Assembly: GCA_964510055.1 (NCBI GenBank)
Contig: CAZDZY010000002.1
Span: 859 to 64,858, forward strand
From: an uncultured Christensenellaceae bacterium
GTDB lineage: Bacteria > Bacillota > Clostridia > Christensenellales > SZUA-584
Direction: 5' to 3'
DNA length: 64,000 nucleotides
Shown: positions 37,363 to 45,675 of the stretch, piece by piece
Layout: the number at the start of each line of letters is the position of its first letter
How positions within the stretch are numbered: the stretch's first letter is position 1
Position numbers and translations under genes: made by a program
The notes under the pieces: model-generated
What the model was told of the DNA's origin: nothing
Database searches by the model: none
What the model saw: the letters and a program-made list of their open reading frames with translations, nothing else

Positions 37363-37698
37363 ATGAGCAGAAAAAAGCTGAAACTGATACTTCTTATTGC
37401 CGGCATCGCGGTACTCGCGGCCGGGCTTGTTGTATTTATTATAGATATCAGCGGTTTTTCATCGCTGAGGCCGCGCGGTTTTAAAAGCCTGATGAATGAA
37501 GTCATCCTCCCTTTCTATGTATTTGCACTTATCGGTATTATTGCGCTTAGCATTGCCGCATTTTTGCATTCAAACGATATACATGAAACCAGGCGCAGCC
37601 TAAGCGTCGTTTTAAAGACCTTCGCCTGCTTTTGGATCGCCGGCGGCGTTCTGTCGGCTGCGGCGTTTGTTTCCATATGTATATTTATTATGAGATAA
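37363..37698 (+). CDS. Hypothetical membrane protein
   Basis: 111 aa, three TMs, weak RBS. Confidence 0.4.
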   Translation: MSRKKLKLILLIAGIAVLAAGLVVFIIDISGFSSLRPRGFKSLMNEVILPFYVFALIGIIALSIAAFLHSNDIHETRRSLSVVLKTFACFWIAGGVLSAAAFVSICIFIMR

Positions 37699-37726
37699 TT
37701 TAGTCTAACGCAGAAGTTCATAAAAC

Positions 37727-37748
37727 AAACCGCCCTTTCGGGCGGTTT
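37727..37748. terminator. Bidirectional terminator
   Basis: AAACCGCCC-TTTC-GGGCGGTTT between convergent genes. Confidence 0.75.
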
Positions 37749-37809
37749 CTGTATCGATCCAGCCGTAGAAGCAGACGACTCTGTCTGCAAGCCCCTAATC
37801 CAATCCTTT

Positions 37810-38298
37810 TTACGCCTGTTTCATTGCCTTTGCCAGCTTGCTTATATTCCCGGGCTTCTCCTCAGGGCCTTTTTTCCCTTCTTTTTTATTTACGCTTTCC
37901 ATCATCTTCGTTATCATCCTGTGCCCAAAACCCATCTTAGACGTGTCGAGCACTCCCCCAAAATACTCTTTCGCAATCGCAGCGGTGATCAGCTCCGCCG
38001 GAAAGTTCATGCCGAAAGCCTGCTCAACGTTATCCTCGATCCCGCTGCAAACGAACAGCCCCAGTTTCTTCGACGCAAGCTGCGCCCTATGCTCTTCCAT
38101 ATACCCTTTCAGTTTCTTCTGTATCTGCCCCATATAAATAGAGCCGCCTAAGATTACAGCGCTATACCCGTCGAGAGACTCGGGCGCCTGCTTTTGGACG
38201 TCAATTACTTCCGGATTGCCGCCTATCTCTCCGGCTAGCTTGTTTGCGCATTTTTCGGCATAGCCGTAAGTGCTTGCGTAAAGTATGAGAGTTTTCAT
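37810..38298 (-). CDS. Flavodoxin domain protein
   Basis: 162 aa. MKTLILYASTYGYAEKCA... is a flavodoxin-like N-terminus. Confidence 0.7.
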   Translation of the reverse strand: MKTLILYASTYGYAEKCANKLAGEIGGNPEVIDVQKQAPESLDGYSAVILGGSIYMGQIQKKLKGYMEEHRAQLASKKLGLFVCSGIEDNVEQAFGMNFPAELITAAIAKEYFGGVLDTSKMGFGHRMITKMMESVNKKEGKKGPEEKPGNISKLAKAMKQA

Positions 38299-38343
38299 TT
38301 TTACAGTTTTCCTTTCAGTTATATAAATTGATCAATACCCTTT

Positions 38344-38856
38344 TTATTTCTTAAGCTCCCTTTGCTGCCTTATATCCATTTCCTCTATATTGGCCGTCAG
38401 CCTGCCCAGCAATGTCCTCAGCCCGGCAAGCCCCTCGCTGCCGAGGCCATTATACAGCTCCTCCATAAAATTCTCGCTGCGCTCCTGCATACCTGCCCAA
38501 TACTCGTCGCTCTTTTCGGTCAGTTTCAGCCTTACAGCCCTGCCGTCTTGCGGGTCTTCCAGAAATTCGAGGAATCCTTTTTCCTTAAGTTTCAGCGCCA
38601 CCTGCTTTACGTTCTGGTGCGTGCTGCCCATTAAAGCAGCCGCTTCGCCAAGGGTGGGAGGCTCATCGAAGGCTCCGCCTATTATGATAGACAAAAACCA
38701 CTGCTTTGTCGTTAAACCGGAACTTTCAAACTCCCTGTCAAGCAGAGTCTGCAGCCTGTTCGCAATAACGAACAGCGTACCTAAAACAAATTCCCTGTCC
38801 GGCGTCGCCCCGAGTTTTTCCCGGCTGGGCTGTGCTTTTTGCTTCATCTTACGCAT
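38344..38856 (-). CDS. MarR family transcriptional regulator
   Basis: 170 aa. LTTKQWFLSIIIGG...PTLGEAAALMGSTHQNVKQVALKLKEKGFL...DGRAVRLKLT. Confidence 0.75.
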   Translation of the reverse strand: MRKMKQKAQPSREKLGATPDREFVLGTLFVIANRLQTLLDREFESSGLTTKQWFLSIIIGGAFDEPPTLGEAAALMGSTHQNVKQVALKLKEKGFLEFLEDPQDGRAVRLKLTEKSDEYWAGMQERSENFMEELYNGLGSEGLAGLRTLLGRLTANIEEMDIRQQRELKK

Positions 38857-39005
38857 CCTTTCCGTAAAGATACTATGTAATGTATTACCTTCATGGGTAA
38901 TATATCACCCTGTTATGTGGTTTGTCAATAGTATTAGATAATACATAACGATAAGTATTTGCTTTAACGATAAAAAAACCGCCTTTGAGCGGTTATTATT
39001 TTTCT

Positions 39006-39308
39006 CTATTTCCTCTTTGTCAGCTTAATATATTCTTCCTTCCCCATTGCCCATGCTTTCAGGTTAGCAAGTCTTTCCCCGTTATCTCCGTGCTCCGGCA
39101 TCTCGAAAGCGGCTTTAAGTTCCGCGCACGCCAGGCTTTCGCACAACCCGCAGTGCTCATGCCCCCTCCCCGCGCAGCACTTCGCTATTTCGCACTCGCC
39201 CCAGAACATAGTTCCCCCGCATGCCTGGCACCCCGGGCAGCCGGTTTTCTCTTTCCATTCGCAGTCTCCGCAGTACGCCCCGCACATCGCGATAAGATTT
39301 CTGTCCAT
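39006..39308 (-). CDS. DUF3795-like Cys-rich protein
   Basis: 100 aa. MCGAYCGDCEWKEKTGCPGCQA...CEIAKCC...HCGLCESLAC. Confidence 0.6.
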   Translation of the reverse strand: MDRNLIAMCGAYCGDCEWKEKTGCPGCQACGGTMFWGECEIAKCCAGRGHEHCGLCESLACAELKAAFEMPEHGDNGERLANLKAWAMGKEEYIKLTKRK

Positions 39309-39317
39309 AAATACTCT

Positions 39318-39938
39318 TCACCTCGAATAATAACAATACCAGGTTTCTGTGATTCTTTCTTTCTCTCCCCAGTCGCCGAATTCGTCGAGGAGATAATCAG
39401 ATTCTTCATTTTTCAGATAAACATATCCGCTGAAATTATCGAGTATACCGCGCAGCCTAAAGAAGAAAACTGCTTTGTTTTCTCCTTCTTGGAAAACAAA
39501 TATTTCACCTCCACCCCGCGACAATCCCGCATTTTCTATAGGTAATTGTATCTCATTACCCCCTATGTCAATGGTACCATAGTCTCCATTAAGCGCTTTT
39601 TCGGCAACCGCAGTATACTGTCCTTCCAGCGCTTTAAATCGCAGATCCTCAGCAATCTCACCAAGAGGCAGTAATATCAAAATGCACGAAGCTATTGAGA
39701 CTATTAAGCTAACCCAGAGCCTGCGTATAAAAAACTCCCGCGACTTTATTATAGAAAAGACTACAACAGTAATAAAGAATGCTACCGTCAGAATATTCAA
39801 AGCGAACTCTAATAAAGGATAAAAGAATACTGTTAAGAGATCTATCAGGTCGTACTTAAATAGTTTAAAAAGTAATTCTATTATTAGAAAAACTAAAGCA
39901 GGTTTTAATAAGGTATATGGCCTTAAATCTTTCTCCAT
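39318..39938 (-). CDS. Hypothetical membrane protein
   Basis: 206 aa, 3-4 N-terminal TMs and a soluble C-terminal domain. Confidence 0.45.
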   Translation of the reverse strand: MEKDLRPYTLLKPALVFLIIELLFKLFKYDLIDLLTVFFYPLLEFALNILTVAFFITVVVFSIIKSREFFIRRLWVSLIVSIASCILILLPLGEIAEDLRFKALEGQYTAVAEKALNGDYGTIDIGGNEIQLPIENAGLSRGGGEIFVFQEGENKAVFFFRLRGILDNFSGYVYLKNEESDYLLDEFGDWGEKERITETWYCYYSR

Positions 39939-40002
39939 ATCTTTTCAGGCTTTTCCTCACATGCCATAGCGGCGACGACTCTTTCGCTCACTCCACGGCG
40001 AA

Positions 40003-40749
40003 TCACTTCTTTCCCTTTATCCTTATATACTTCATCTTCACGTTGGGGTTGCTCGTGCTGCGCGAATCTATATCGAATAGCTTTAAGGCCGCTATAAACG
40101 GCGTGAGCTTCGAATAACCATAGTTTCTCGTGTCGAAGTCGGGGTAACGCTTCGTGAGCTTCGTGCCTACCTCGCCCATATAGACCCATCCGTCCTCGTC
40201 GGAGCTCTCGTCCACTATCGCTTTAATGGCATCCACTATAGTCTTCTTGCTAGTAACGGTATCGTTGAGCGTCTCTTCGGGCTGTTCCCTCTTGGCTTCA
40301 GCCGAAGCCGCCGACGAGGCGAGCACCTCGAGGTACTTGAACTTCTCGCACGCCGCAATGAAAGGCGGAGGCGTCTTCTTCTCGCCCATGCCGAGCACGT
40401 ACATGCCCGACTCCCGAAGGCGCGCGGCGAGCTTAGTAAAATCGCTGTCGCTCGACACTATGCAAAACCCTTCCACGCTTTCCGAGTAGAGTATGTCCAT
40501 AGCGTCTATTATGAGCGCCGAGTCGGTCGCGTTCTTGCCCGTGGTGTAACTGTACTGCTGTATAGGCGATATCGAATAATTCAATAGCACGTTCTTCCAC
40601 GAAGCCATCTGCGGCTTCGTCCAGTCTCCGTATATCCTTTTATATGTAGGCGTGCCGTGATTTGATATCTCGTCGAGTATAAACTTCAAATACTTATCGG
40701 ATACGTTATCTGCGTCGATAAGCACCGCTATCCTTTTTTCGTTTTCCAT
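40003..40749 (-). CDS. NYN (LabA-like) ribonuclease-fold protein with C-terminal OST-HTH/LOTUS domain
   Basis: Start at MENEKRIAVLIDADN. GKNATDSALIIDAMD and IVSSDSDFTKLA are the NYN acidic motifs. The C-terminal GWVYMGEVGTKLTKRYPDFDTRNYGYSKL is LOTUS-like. Confidence 0.75.
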   Translation of the reverse strand: MENEKRIAVLIDADNVSDKYLKFILDEISNHGTPTYKRIYGDWTKPQMASWKNVLLNYSISPIQQYSYTTGKNATDSALIIDAMDILYSESVEGFCIVSSDSDFTKLAARLRESGMYVLGMGEKKTPPPFIAACEKFKYLEVLASSAASAEAKREQPEETLNDTVTSKKTIVDAIKAIVDESSDEDGWVYMGEVGTKLTKRYPDFDTRNYGYSKLTPFIAALKLFDIDSRSTSNPNVKMKYIRIKGKK

Positions 40750-40906
40750 CCTTTTTCCTTTTTCTCCCGTATAGTATATATGTAAGTATACCATGTTTTA
40801 ATATTTATAGCCAACATTAAACCCAAACCGCCCGATGTTTGTTCTATTACTGGAATATTATTGGTCTGCTCCCTTAACATACATGCAAAGGATACGAATA
40901 AAATCG

Positions 40907-40935
40907 TTGAATTTACAAATACGCCGAAATATAAT
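40907..40935 (+). promoter_or_regulatory. Orphan near-consensus sigma-A promoter
   Basis: TTGAAT (40907-12), exactly 17 nt, TATAAT (40930-35). It points away from the NYN gene into a region with no intact ORF. Confidence 0.5.
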
Positions 40936-41094
40936 AAAAGCATAGGCGGTGATCAGAAAGCCGCCGGTTGTAAACATCATGTCTTTTACCGCCTTTCCGG
41001 CGGTTTTTTTTACACTAAAAATAATAACCGCTGAAAGGCCCTAATACAAGGCGTTATTCGCATTGCGCTCGAGACGTAGCAGCGCTGCTTTAGG

Positions 41095-41271
41095 GGATTG
41101 CCGTTTACGATGCAAGGCCGGAAGTGAACGAAGCCATCTTCGCGGTATCAGACTTTAACAGAAACAAATATGGAAAGCCAAACGGCCCGCGCCACGCGCC
41201 TTTCTGGGTTAAAGGCGGCGTCGCCGAGTTCCACGATATGACCGATGATTTCCGCATTGTTAAGATATGAA
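41095..41271 (+). pseudogene. Possible C-terminal gene remnant
   Basis: 58 sense codons (GIAVYDARPEVNEAIFAVSDFNRNKYGKPNGPRHAPFWVKGGVAEFHDMTDDFRIVKI) with no ATG. The frame continues upstream through an in-frame TAG (41092-94). A strong terminator follows immediately. Confidence 0.25.
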
Positions 41272-41299
41272 AAACGGGCATACAGCCCGTTTTTTTTTA
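41271..41299. terminator. Bidirectional rho-independent terminator
   Basis: AAAACGGGC-ATACA-GCCCGTTTT followed by a T-run. It also lies just downstream of the convergent anti-sigma gene. Confidence 0.8.
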
Positions 41300-41315
41300 A
41301 TACCGTATGGAGCTG

Positions 41316-42545
41316 TCACCACGCCCAGTGGTTGATCGAGATGAGCTGCGCGTCCATTACGAACATCATCTTTACTCTATCATCTTTTGCCATACGGAGT
41401 ATCTCTTCGACCGGCCCGTATACTATCACCCCATACGTCTTTACGCCGTTTTCCTGGGTGTATTTCAGCGCAGAGGCGTAATCGTATTGATAAGATTGGT
41501 ATTCATTATAGCCTATTACCTGCCTGAACTCTTTCTGGTCGTTCATATATTTCAGCATGCTTTTGAAATGCGTTTCCCAAATACCTGTATCCGGTGTACC
41601 CTTCCAGCCGCTGACGGTAAAACGTATGTCAGTTTCGTCAATCCCCCCAAGAAAAAGGTGCGGATATTCCTCCAAAAGTTCGTTGTTATCGATAGTGCTC
41701 AATCCCCAATTGGGTGCAATACCGAAATTCCCTGCGGTCGGATAGTCTGCGTCCTCTTCACGTGTCTTTATTGCTATAAAAGTAACCATTGTCTCATCGC
41801 TCCGGAAACCGTTTACCGCACCGAGGCTTAGATCGTCCCTGAACGTAAGCGCCGCAGTCACCATCGCCGTCTCGGGAAGCTTATCCAGTTTCGCGGCGTT
41901 GGCTTTGCTTGCGATCTCCAGAGTATCATCCTGGCCAAAACCTGACCGGCTGAAAAAAGGTCTCGGGCCGGATTCCCGCCAGTCAGGGCCGTTTATATGC
42001 GTTTCTCCTTTATCTATAACGAACTGGTAGACCTGCCTTGCAAAAAAATTACTTGAATAGCCTGGAGTTATAAAAGTAAGCTCGATTTTATATCTTGCGA
42101 AACCTTCATCTTCCACCACTGTACCCCCAAAATACTTTCCGGGGCAGTGCAGTTCAGTGTACACGGATAACGGCACGTCGATGCTGCTATACGTGGAATC
42201 CGGCTCGGGCAGTGCTGTACCCGGGTCGTAATAAATCACATCCATCAGCGGCGACAGCCCGAACATAAGGAACAATGCTATCGCTAAAACTATCGCTCCC
42301 GTCCATATGCCGAATCTTTTAAGCTTCCTGCTTACCGCCTTTTGAACTAGCTTCGAGAACTCGCCGTCCTCCTCTGCGTGCTTTTCGTCATTATCTTTGC
42401 TTACCTCAAAGATATCACCGTCCGTGCTTTCTTCGAGGTAATCGCCTATCGCGCGCTGGCGGTCTATATCGCTTTCGACTTTCTCTTTTTCTCTGCCTTC
42501 GAGTTTCCCTTCCGCAAAGCTTTTGAGCTTCTCCTTATATCCCAT
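41316..42545 (-). CDS. Anti-sigma factor (single-pass, large extracytoplasmic domain)
   Basis: 409 aa. 11-nt overlap with the upstream ECF sigma. Short cytoplasmic N-terminus, TM (IWTGAIVLAIALFLMFGL), and an extracytoplasmic domain. Confidence 0.6.
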   Translation of the reverse strand: MGYKEKLKSFAEGKLEGREKEKVESDIDRQRAIGDYLEESTDGDIFEVSKDNDEKHAEEDGEFSKLVQKAVSRKLKRFGIWTGAIVLAIALFLMFGLSPLMDVIYYDPGTALPEPDSTYSSIDVPLSVYTELHCPGKYFGGTVVEDEGFARYKIELTFITPGYSSNFFARQVYQFVIDKGETHINGPDWRESGPRPFFSRSGFGQDDTLEIASKANAAKLDKLPETAMVTAALTFRDDLSLGAVNGFRSDETMVTFIAIKTREEDADYPTAGNFGIAPNWGLSTIDNNELLEEYPHLFLGGIDETDIRFTVSGWKGTPDTGIWETHFKSMLKYMNDQKEFRQVIGYNEYQSYQYDYASALKYTQENGVKTYGVIVYGPVEEILRMAKDDRVKMMFVMDAQLISINHWAW

Positions 42546-43032
42546 CCCGTTCCTCCTTCAATCTCTCATAGAGCTTTTTGCGCGCCCTGTGCAAAAGCGT
42601 CCTCACGTTGGCATAGCTTATCCCGAGTTGCTGTGCTGTCTGCTTCTGGTCAAGCCCCCCGAAATAGTACAGCGTCACCGCTTCCCGTTCAAGGGCGGGA
42701 AGCTTCTGTATCTCAGCGTAAAGCTTCCTGTTTTTCTCGCTCGTTATCACCGCCTGCAATACGTCGCTTCCGTCGGGCAGCTCCCCGGCCTCTTCAATGC
42801 TCAAGCGCTTTCTCTTCCGGCATTCGTCGAAGAACAGGTTTCTCGCTACCTTCATGAGCCACGGCAGTACGTCCTGCCCGCTGCCGAGCGACAGCATTGC
42901 CCTGTAAAACGTCTCCTGCGCGAGGTCCTGCGCGAGCGCGCTGCTGCGGCAAAGGGAATAAAGGTACAGATAGACTTTGCCCGAATATTGCCGGTAAATA
43001 TACGTCAATATCCTGTCCTCTATATCCCTCAC
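42535..43032 (-). CDS. ECF-type sigma-70 family factor
   Basis: 165 aa. Region 2 is AQDLAQETFYRA and PWLMKVARNLFFDECRKRKR. Region 4 is LPALEREAVTLYYFGGLDQKQTAQQLGISYANVRTLLHRARKKL. Confidence 0.8.
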   Translation of the reverse strand: MRDIEDRILTYIYRQYSGKVYLYLYSLCRSSALAQDLAQETFYRAMLSLGSGQDVLPWLMKVARNLFFDECRKRKRLSIEEAGELPDGSDVLQAVITSEKNRKLYAEIQKLPALEREAVTLYYFGGLDQKQTAQQLGISYANVRTLLHRARKKLYERLKEERDGI

Positions 43033-43282
43033 CCCTTCATATGCATAACGTTTTAATAAAGAAAATGTTACAATCCATTATACGTACACGCTGATTTTAT
43101 AACTAAATATATTTTATCGCCCCTTCCGTTTTCTGTCAACTTTGTAAGGAAGGCTAATAATTTCGATGTTTCCCGAATATATTATATTATCCGCCCAAAA
43201 CCACAGTTTCGTTATATATGGCCCTGAATCGCTGCCCCAAAAAGTTCCGTGGTATTTTTGGCGCCTTTTATTAAGGAGAGCT

Positions 43283-43909
43283 ATGCGCAAGTGTTATGTC
43301 TCTTATAAAACCGAAGATTCATATTACGCTTATAAAACGCTCGAAGTTGTGCCGGGCGCCTTCTTAAGGGCGCCGGGCGCGTGGGGCGGGTGTTACGATG
43401 ACGGCCGCCTTATAGAGGACGTACGGGAAGAGATACTCGGCGGCTCGGAAGTAACGATACACCTTATAGGTAATTTCAGCGCCGAACGTCTCGGCAGCGA
43501 TGAACAGAGGTTCATAAAACGCGAGCTTCAGGCCTCGCTGTGCAGAGCCGAAGACGGCCTTTGCAGCGGCGTGCTGGGAGTAGTGCTGCCCAGCGCTTGC
43601 GGAGCGGTGTTCAAAGGAACATACCGCTGCCCAATGTGCGGTAAGCTGCATGAGCGGGCAGCGATCGACGACAGCACGGTGGTAACGGAATTCAGCAGTA
43701 ATTACCGACGCGGCTGCCGGGGGGAAAGCGGTTATTGCGTGCTTGCGGCGTGGAAAGCTTTTTGTGCAAACCCCGCCAAACATATCGAGAGGGCCTTTAA
43801 GCGGCGCTTCAGCTCTGCCTCAAAATCAGTGGATGCCTGCCCGGCTGAATTCAAAAAGCTTTTTACGTACGGACCGCTGAAAAAAGATAAGTATACAGAG
43901 AAAGGGTAA
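43283..43909 (+). CDS. TIR-like domain protein (DUF1863 / ThsB-like) with C-terminal Cys-containing region
   Basis: AAGGAGAG RBS and the ATG at 43283. MRKCYVSYKTED... and SEVTIHLIGNFSAER...FIKRELQASL...GVLGVVLPS follow the ThsB/DUF1863 pattern (KxVFxSF..D ... S.VT.VLIG ... EI..S ... G.IG). This is followed by YRCPMCGKLH. Confidence 0.55.
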   Translation: MRKCYVSYKTEDSYYAYKTLEVVPGAFLRAPGAWGGCYDDGRLIEDVREEILGGSEVTIHLIGNFSAERLGSDEQRFIKRELQASLCRAEDGLCSGVLGVVLPSACGAVFKGTYRCPMCGKLHERAAIDDSTVVTEFSSNYRRGCRGESGYCVLAAWKAFCANPAKHIERAFKRRFSSASKSVDACPAEFKKLFTYGPLKKDKYTEKG

Positions 43910-43979
43910 AGGAATTAGTAAACGAAAAGCGCAGGGAACAGGTAAAGACAGGCCTGCCGCGCTTTGCCCGGCGTAAAGA

Positions 43980-44183
43980 TCACTCTTTTATCGGTTCGTA
44001 GGTCTTTTCGAACACATCAGGCTTACAGGGGTATTGCTCCCCTTTAACTCCCGTGATTATATAATCGCCCGCGTCGGCTTTCAGGTCGCCTTCAAGCGTG
44101 TGTATCGTCATTTTTTCTTTTGCGATATATGCTTTAATTATTATCGGTTTTTTACGGTATTCTATGGCTTCCAATCCTGTCAC
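43980..44183 (-). CDS. Small conserved-looking hypothetical protein
   Basis: 67 aa. [25 protein letters not shown] resembles a small beta-protein family that I associate with phage and accessory regions. Identification is uncertain. Confidence 0.4.
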   Translation of the reverse strand: MTGLEAIEYRKKPIIIKAYIAKEKMTIHTLEGDLKADAGDYIITGVKGEQYPCKPDVFEKTYEPIKE

Positions 44184-44390
44184 TCCAATTTATTAAGGGC
44201 TGTCAATGATATAATATTGCCCCTTTTATAGTATTATATTCTCCGCGTTTCGTTTTGGTTTTTGTGGAACGCGTATGCCGCGGCAGTATATCACTGTTAT
44301 TTTAATTGATTTGGACCCCTATGTATTGTGTCATTGTTTTATATATTTTCTGCGGTATACTTTATAAATTCTCAATACTTGGAGGCTGGC

Positions 44391-45038
44391 ATGAAAAAAC
44401 TTATAACAGCGGCGGCCGCGGTGCTTCTGGCGGCGGTAATACTTACCGGGTGCACCCTATCGGTCAACTTGGGCGGCAAACCATCCGCAAGCCCTTCCGC
44501 GGCTACTAAAGAGCTTACCCGCGGTATCATAGAAGATAACGTATATACGAGCGAATACTCCGGGCTTAAATTTACCGCTCCCGAAGGCTGGGTCTACGCG
44601 TCCGATGAGGATATCGCCGAGGTGGCTGGCATAGGCGCCGATATGCTGTCCGAAGCGGGGATGCCCGTTACGGAGGAAATGATGAAACAAAAAGACATTT
44701 ACGACATGATGGCGCAAGACCCGGCTACCGGCTCCAGCGTTATGGTGATGTACGAGAACCTGGCGATGTCTCTGGGCGGCACAAAAGTGAAGGAAGAGCG
44801 ATATGTTGACCAGTCAGCAACGATGATGTCGCAGACGGACGCGGTAAAATACGAGTTCGGCGATATCACGAAAGAAAGCTTGGGCTCAGAGGAGTATACG
44901 CTGCTGCCGGCCTCGATGCCCGACTATAACGGGGTGCAATACTACTATGTCCGCAAGATAGACAAATATATGCTCGGCATCATCATCACAGTGTTTGGCG
45001 GCAACGACGTATCCGACATCAAAGCGGATTTTTCCTGA
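44391..45038 (+). CDS. Lipoprotein, unknown function
   Basis: GGAGG RBS. MKKLITAAAAVLLAAVILTGC is the lipobox. Confidence 0.6.
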   Translation: MKKLITAAAAVLLAAVILTGCTLSVNLGGKPSASPSAATKELTRGIIEDNVYTSEYSGLKFTAPEGWVYASDEDIAEVAGIGADMLSEAGMPVTEEMMKQKDIYDMMAQDPATGSSVMVMYENLAMSLGGTKVKEERYVDQSATMMSQTDAVKYEFGDITKESLGSEEYTLLPASMPDYNGVQYYYVRKIDKYMLGIIITVFGGNDVSDIKADFS

Positions 45039-45048
45039 CTTCATTATT

Positions 45049-45075
45049 AAAGGCTGCCTATAGGCAGCCTTTTTT
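45049..45075 (+). terminator. Rho-independent terminator
   Basis: AAAGGCTGCC-TATA-GGCAGCCTTT followed by TTT. Confidence 0.8.
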
Positions 45076-45085
45076 ACGCTTCGGG

Positions 45086-45535
45086 CTATTTTGCCTTATA
45101 TTCTTTTACCATATCGCGAACTATCGCCTCCGCGCTGTCCATAAGGGGCGGGCACATCTTAGCTATAAGCCCGGCTTCAACGATCTTAGCAAAGTCCTCC
45201 GGCTTTTCCATGTCGTATCCTAAAAGGGAGCGGCAGATCAGCGTTCCGTTTTTTTCACGGAACCGCTTATGGAATTCTCTCGTAAGCGAGGCTATCCTGT
45301 CTTTAGCTGCCTTGTCGTCCCCGTCGGTGAACGGGAATAAAAGCCCTAAAGCCATCACCGCGCCCGAAACCGCCCCGCAGACCTCCGCGGCCCTCATGCC
45401 GCCGCCGAAACCTCCTCCCAGCGCGAGCGACGTTTTCTCATCCTGCCCCGTAAGGTCGGAGAGCGAGAGCAGCACCGACTGCGCGCAGTTGAATCCCTTT
45501 GAATGTATATCGCTTGCTTTCATAACAGCCTCCAA
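45086..45535 (-). CDS. C_GCAxxG_C_C family redox-active protein
   Basis: 149 aa. GFNCAQSV...GGFGGGM...EVCGAVSGAVMALG...LICRSL...MCPPL. Confidence 0.75.
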   Translation of the reverse strand: MEAVMKASDIHSKGFNCAQSVLLSLSDLTGQDEKTSLALGGGFGGGMRAAEVCGAVSGAVMALGLLFPFTDGDDKAAKDRIASLTREFHKRFREKNGTLICRSLLGYDMEKPEDFAKIVEAGLIAKMCPPLMDSAEAIVRDMVKEYKAK

Positions 45536-45675
45536 AATTTTTATATTATTATACAGCAGTTTGCATTTTTATTAAATACGCCGCCCCAAAAAGTCTCACG
45601 GCTTTTTGGGCCTCCATATTAAAAACGCCCTCCGTCCGGAAAGCGTTTTCACAGTTGCTTATATTGCGCCGCCTG

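Noticed and set aside
40945-41010. Fluoride (crcB-motif) riboswitch
   Set aside because: The start AUAGGCGGUGAU resembles the fluoride aptamer 5' end superficially. However, the loop lengths, the downstream AAACGC...GCUAAUGA-type elements and the pseudoknot partners are not present. I keep it only as an unclassified attenuator-like leader.
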